From: Nocardioides sp.
Lineage (GTDB): Bacteria > Actinomycetota > Actinomycetes > Propionibacteriales > Nocardioidaceae
Assembly (NCBI RefSeq): GCF_029937575.1
Contig: NZ_JAPYPS010000016.1
Coordinates: forward strand, 3,706-67,705
Direction of reading: 5' to 3'
DNA length: 64,000 nucleotides
In this document: in pieces, positions 62,590-64,000 of the stretch
How positions within the stretch are numbered: position 1 is the first letter of the stretch
How the letters are laid out: the number at the start of each line of letters is the position of its first letter
Position numbers and translations under genes: made by a program
The notes under the pieces: model-generated
What the model was told of the DNA's origin: nothing
The model's input: the letters and a program-made list of their open reading frames with translations, nothing else
Databases searched by the model: none

Positions 62590-63185
62590 GCGCCCCGGCA
62601 CCGCCCGACTCCGACGGCCGATCGGCACGAGACCGGATCCTCGACGCCGCCGAGTCCTGTCTGCGCCGTGACGGGATCCGCCGTACGACGGCAGCCGGCG
62701 TGGCCGCCGAGGCCGGGGTCTCGCGGGCCTGGCTCTACCGGCACTTCCCCGACAAGGCCACCCTGCTCTCGGCCGCGCTCATCCGGCGCGACCAGGCCTT
62801 CTGGGTCGACGCCCAGCAGCGCGTCGACGCCGCCGACGGGTTCGCCGCCCGCGTCGCCGCCGCCGTCGTGCTCGCCCGTGCCGCGCCCCTCGGACCACTG
62901 GCCACCGAGCTGCGCGAGAGCGAGCCGGAAGCCTTCGGCGCGGTGATCGGCACCTTCGTGGACGACATCGTCCCGGGGCTGTCGTGGTTCTGGCGCGCCC
63001 AGCTGGAGGCCGGCGTCGCCACCGGCGAGCTGCGTGCCGGCCTCGACGTCCAGGGTGCGGCCGAGTGGGTGATGCGGATCGTGGTCTCGCTCGTCAGCGT
63101 GCCGGGCCAGGCCGTCGACATCGACGACGCAGGCTCGATCTCCGACTATCTCGAGGCGTTCCTGATGCCGGCGCTGCGCGCCTGA
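62586..63185 (+). CDS. TetR family transcriptional regulator
   Basis: GTG 62586. HTH TTAAGVAAEAGVSRAWLYRHFPDKATLL. Confidence 0.85.
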   Translation: MSAPAPPDSDGRSARDRILDAAESCLRRDGIRRTTAAGVAAEAGVSRAWLYRHFPDKATLLSAALIRRDQAFWVDAQQRVDAADGFAARVAAAVVLARAAPLGPLATELRESEPEAFGAVIGTFVDDIVPGLSWFWRAQLEAGVATGELRAGLDVQGAAEWVMRIVVSLVSVPGQAVDIDDAGSISDYLEAFLMPALRA

Positions 63186-63219
63186 CACCTGACGGGGGTC
63201 GAGACCCGATGACCCGGGC

Positions 63220-63251
63220 GCCGACCTCGGGTGTGGTCGTGGCAGGTCGGC
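63220..63251. terminator. Hairpin between convergent genes
   Basis: GCCGACCT ... AGGTCGGC, an 8-bp stem with a 16-nt loop. Confidence 0.3.
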
Positions 63252-63296
63252 TCGTTGGGTGTCGAGGCCGCTCGTGCCTCGCGGGCTGCTGCTCGC

Positions 63297-64000
63297 TCAC
63301 TGCTGGAGCACGCTGCTGAACGACCCGGACTGCCAGCCACTGGCCTGCTTGCGCCCGGGCGTCGGCAGGTTGCGGCCGCCGTACACGACCTCTCCCTTGC
63401 GGTCGCCGTAGGTCAGCCAGCTCTGGTTGCCCTGGAAGCCGCGGCCGGGCTTGTCGTAGTCGCACACGCCGAACGGGAAGATCTCCTGCAGGGTCTCCCA
63501 GTCGGCGTCGCTCAGCGGCAGCAGCAGGAAGTCGTAGTCGGCGCGGTCCAGCGGGCGCAGCTGACAGGCGACGCGGTCGTTGAGGACGTCGTCGCCGGCC
63601 TGCTCGCGCGGGGTGCTCAGCCGCAGCTGCAACGACTCCGGCAGCACGCAGTCCACCTCGTCGTTCGCGCCCGGGACCTCGAGGAGCCCTGGCACGTTGA
63701 AGCAGCGATCGGTGATGTCGGCGGGCTTGTTGACCACGATCTTGCGAGCCAGGCCCTTCTTCGACCGGTCCTTCTCGACGGCGGCGAGCCAGCGGTCCAT
63801 CGCCTCGAGGGACTCCACGGCCCAGCGCAGGTCACCGATGAGCGGCACGACCCCGAACCACATGACCCGGTTGTCGGTGGTTCCGCCCTGCGAGCGCGCC
63901 GCACGCTCCTCCATCCAGAAGGCGTGGGCGTAGTCGTGGGCGATGCCCGGGTCCGGGCCGCCGAAGTTGATGATCGCGACGCGGTCCATGTACTGGCCCT
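63297..64000 (-). CDS. C-terminal part of a larger protein (DUF6351 / tannase-like family?), with the 5' end probably beyond the window
   Basis: ORF 63297..63989. The frame stays open upstream to the window edge (..GQY-MDRV), so the M at 63989 may be internal. The family name is a weak recollection. Confidence 0.5.
   Translation of the reverse strand, partial: GQYMDRVAIINFGGPDPGIAHDYAHAFWMEERAARSQGGTTDNRVMWFGVVPLIGDLRWAVESLEAMDRWLAAVEKDRSKKGLARKIVVNKPADITDRCFNVPGLLEVPGANDEVDCVLPESLQLRLSTPREQAGDDVLNDRVACQLRPLDRADYDFLLLPLSDADWETLQEIFPFGVCDYDKPGRGFQGNQSWLTYGDRKGEVVYGGRNLPTPGRKQASGWQSGSFSSVLQQ

Overview
Very high-GC actinobacterial chromosome. The gene content looks Nocardioides-like or mycobacteria-like, typical of a steroid-degrading actinomycete, but the taxon is inference only. 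I call about 53 protein-coding genes and found no rRNA, tRNA, CRISPR array, transposase or integrase. All product calls come from motifs I read in the translations and from synteny recalled from memory; no database search was possible.

Layout:
- 1-11.9 kb: two adjacent giant secreted proteins built from one repeated module. One of them carries two phosphoesterase domains.
- 12.8-20.7 kb: a FadD19-like CoA ligase, a cation/proton antiporter, and a translationally coupled FMO / TetR / hydrolase / ChoD-like oxidoreductase operon.
- 20.7-31.6 kb: miscellaneous genes, including a secreted CarboxypepD_reg-type protein, an MFS transporter, an aldo/keto reductase, a methyltransferase, an XRE-cupin regulator, a thioesterase / kinase-like / LLM operon and an amidohydrolase.
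- 31.6-33.1 kb: a DUF559 nuclease-fold gene bracketed by four copies of a 50-bp hairpin repeat.
- 33.9-42.6 kb: a 10-gene co-directional string (TetR, P450, SDR, CYP51, ferredoxin, NTF2-like, aldehyde DH, SDR, hydroxyacid-DH-like, CMD). It matches the M. tuberculosis Rv0761c-Rv0771 neighbourhood.
- 42.7-47.5 kb: an HtrA-like protease, then a DUF4956 / VTC-domain / DUF4353-type lipoprotein operon preceded by a phased PHO-box-like array.
- 47.5-50.5 kb: an LLM / FadD17-like operon.
- 50.6-64 kb: TetR plus an orphan solute-binding lipoprotein, the csoR-copZ-copA copper island, and redox enzymes with further TetR regulators.

Recurrent palindromes:
- Three KstR-type boxes (TAGAAC-NN-GTTCTA).
- Three TTGAC-N4-GTCAA sites.
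- Two GACACGTGTCCAG sites.

Most long ORFs in the supplied track are GC-driven shadow frames and were rejected.
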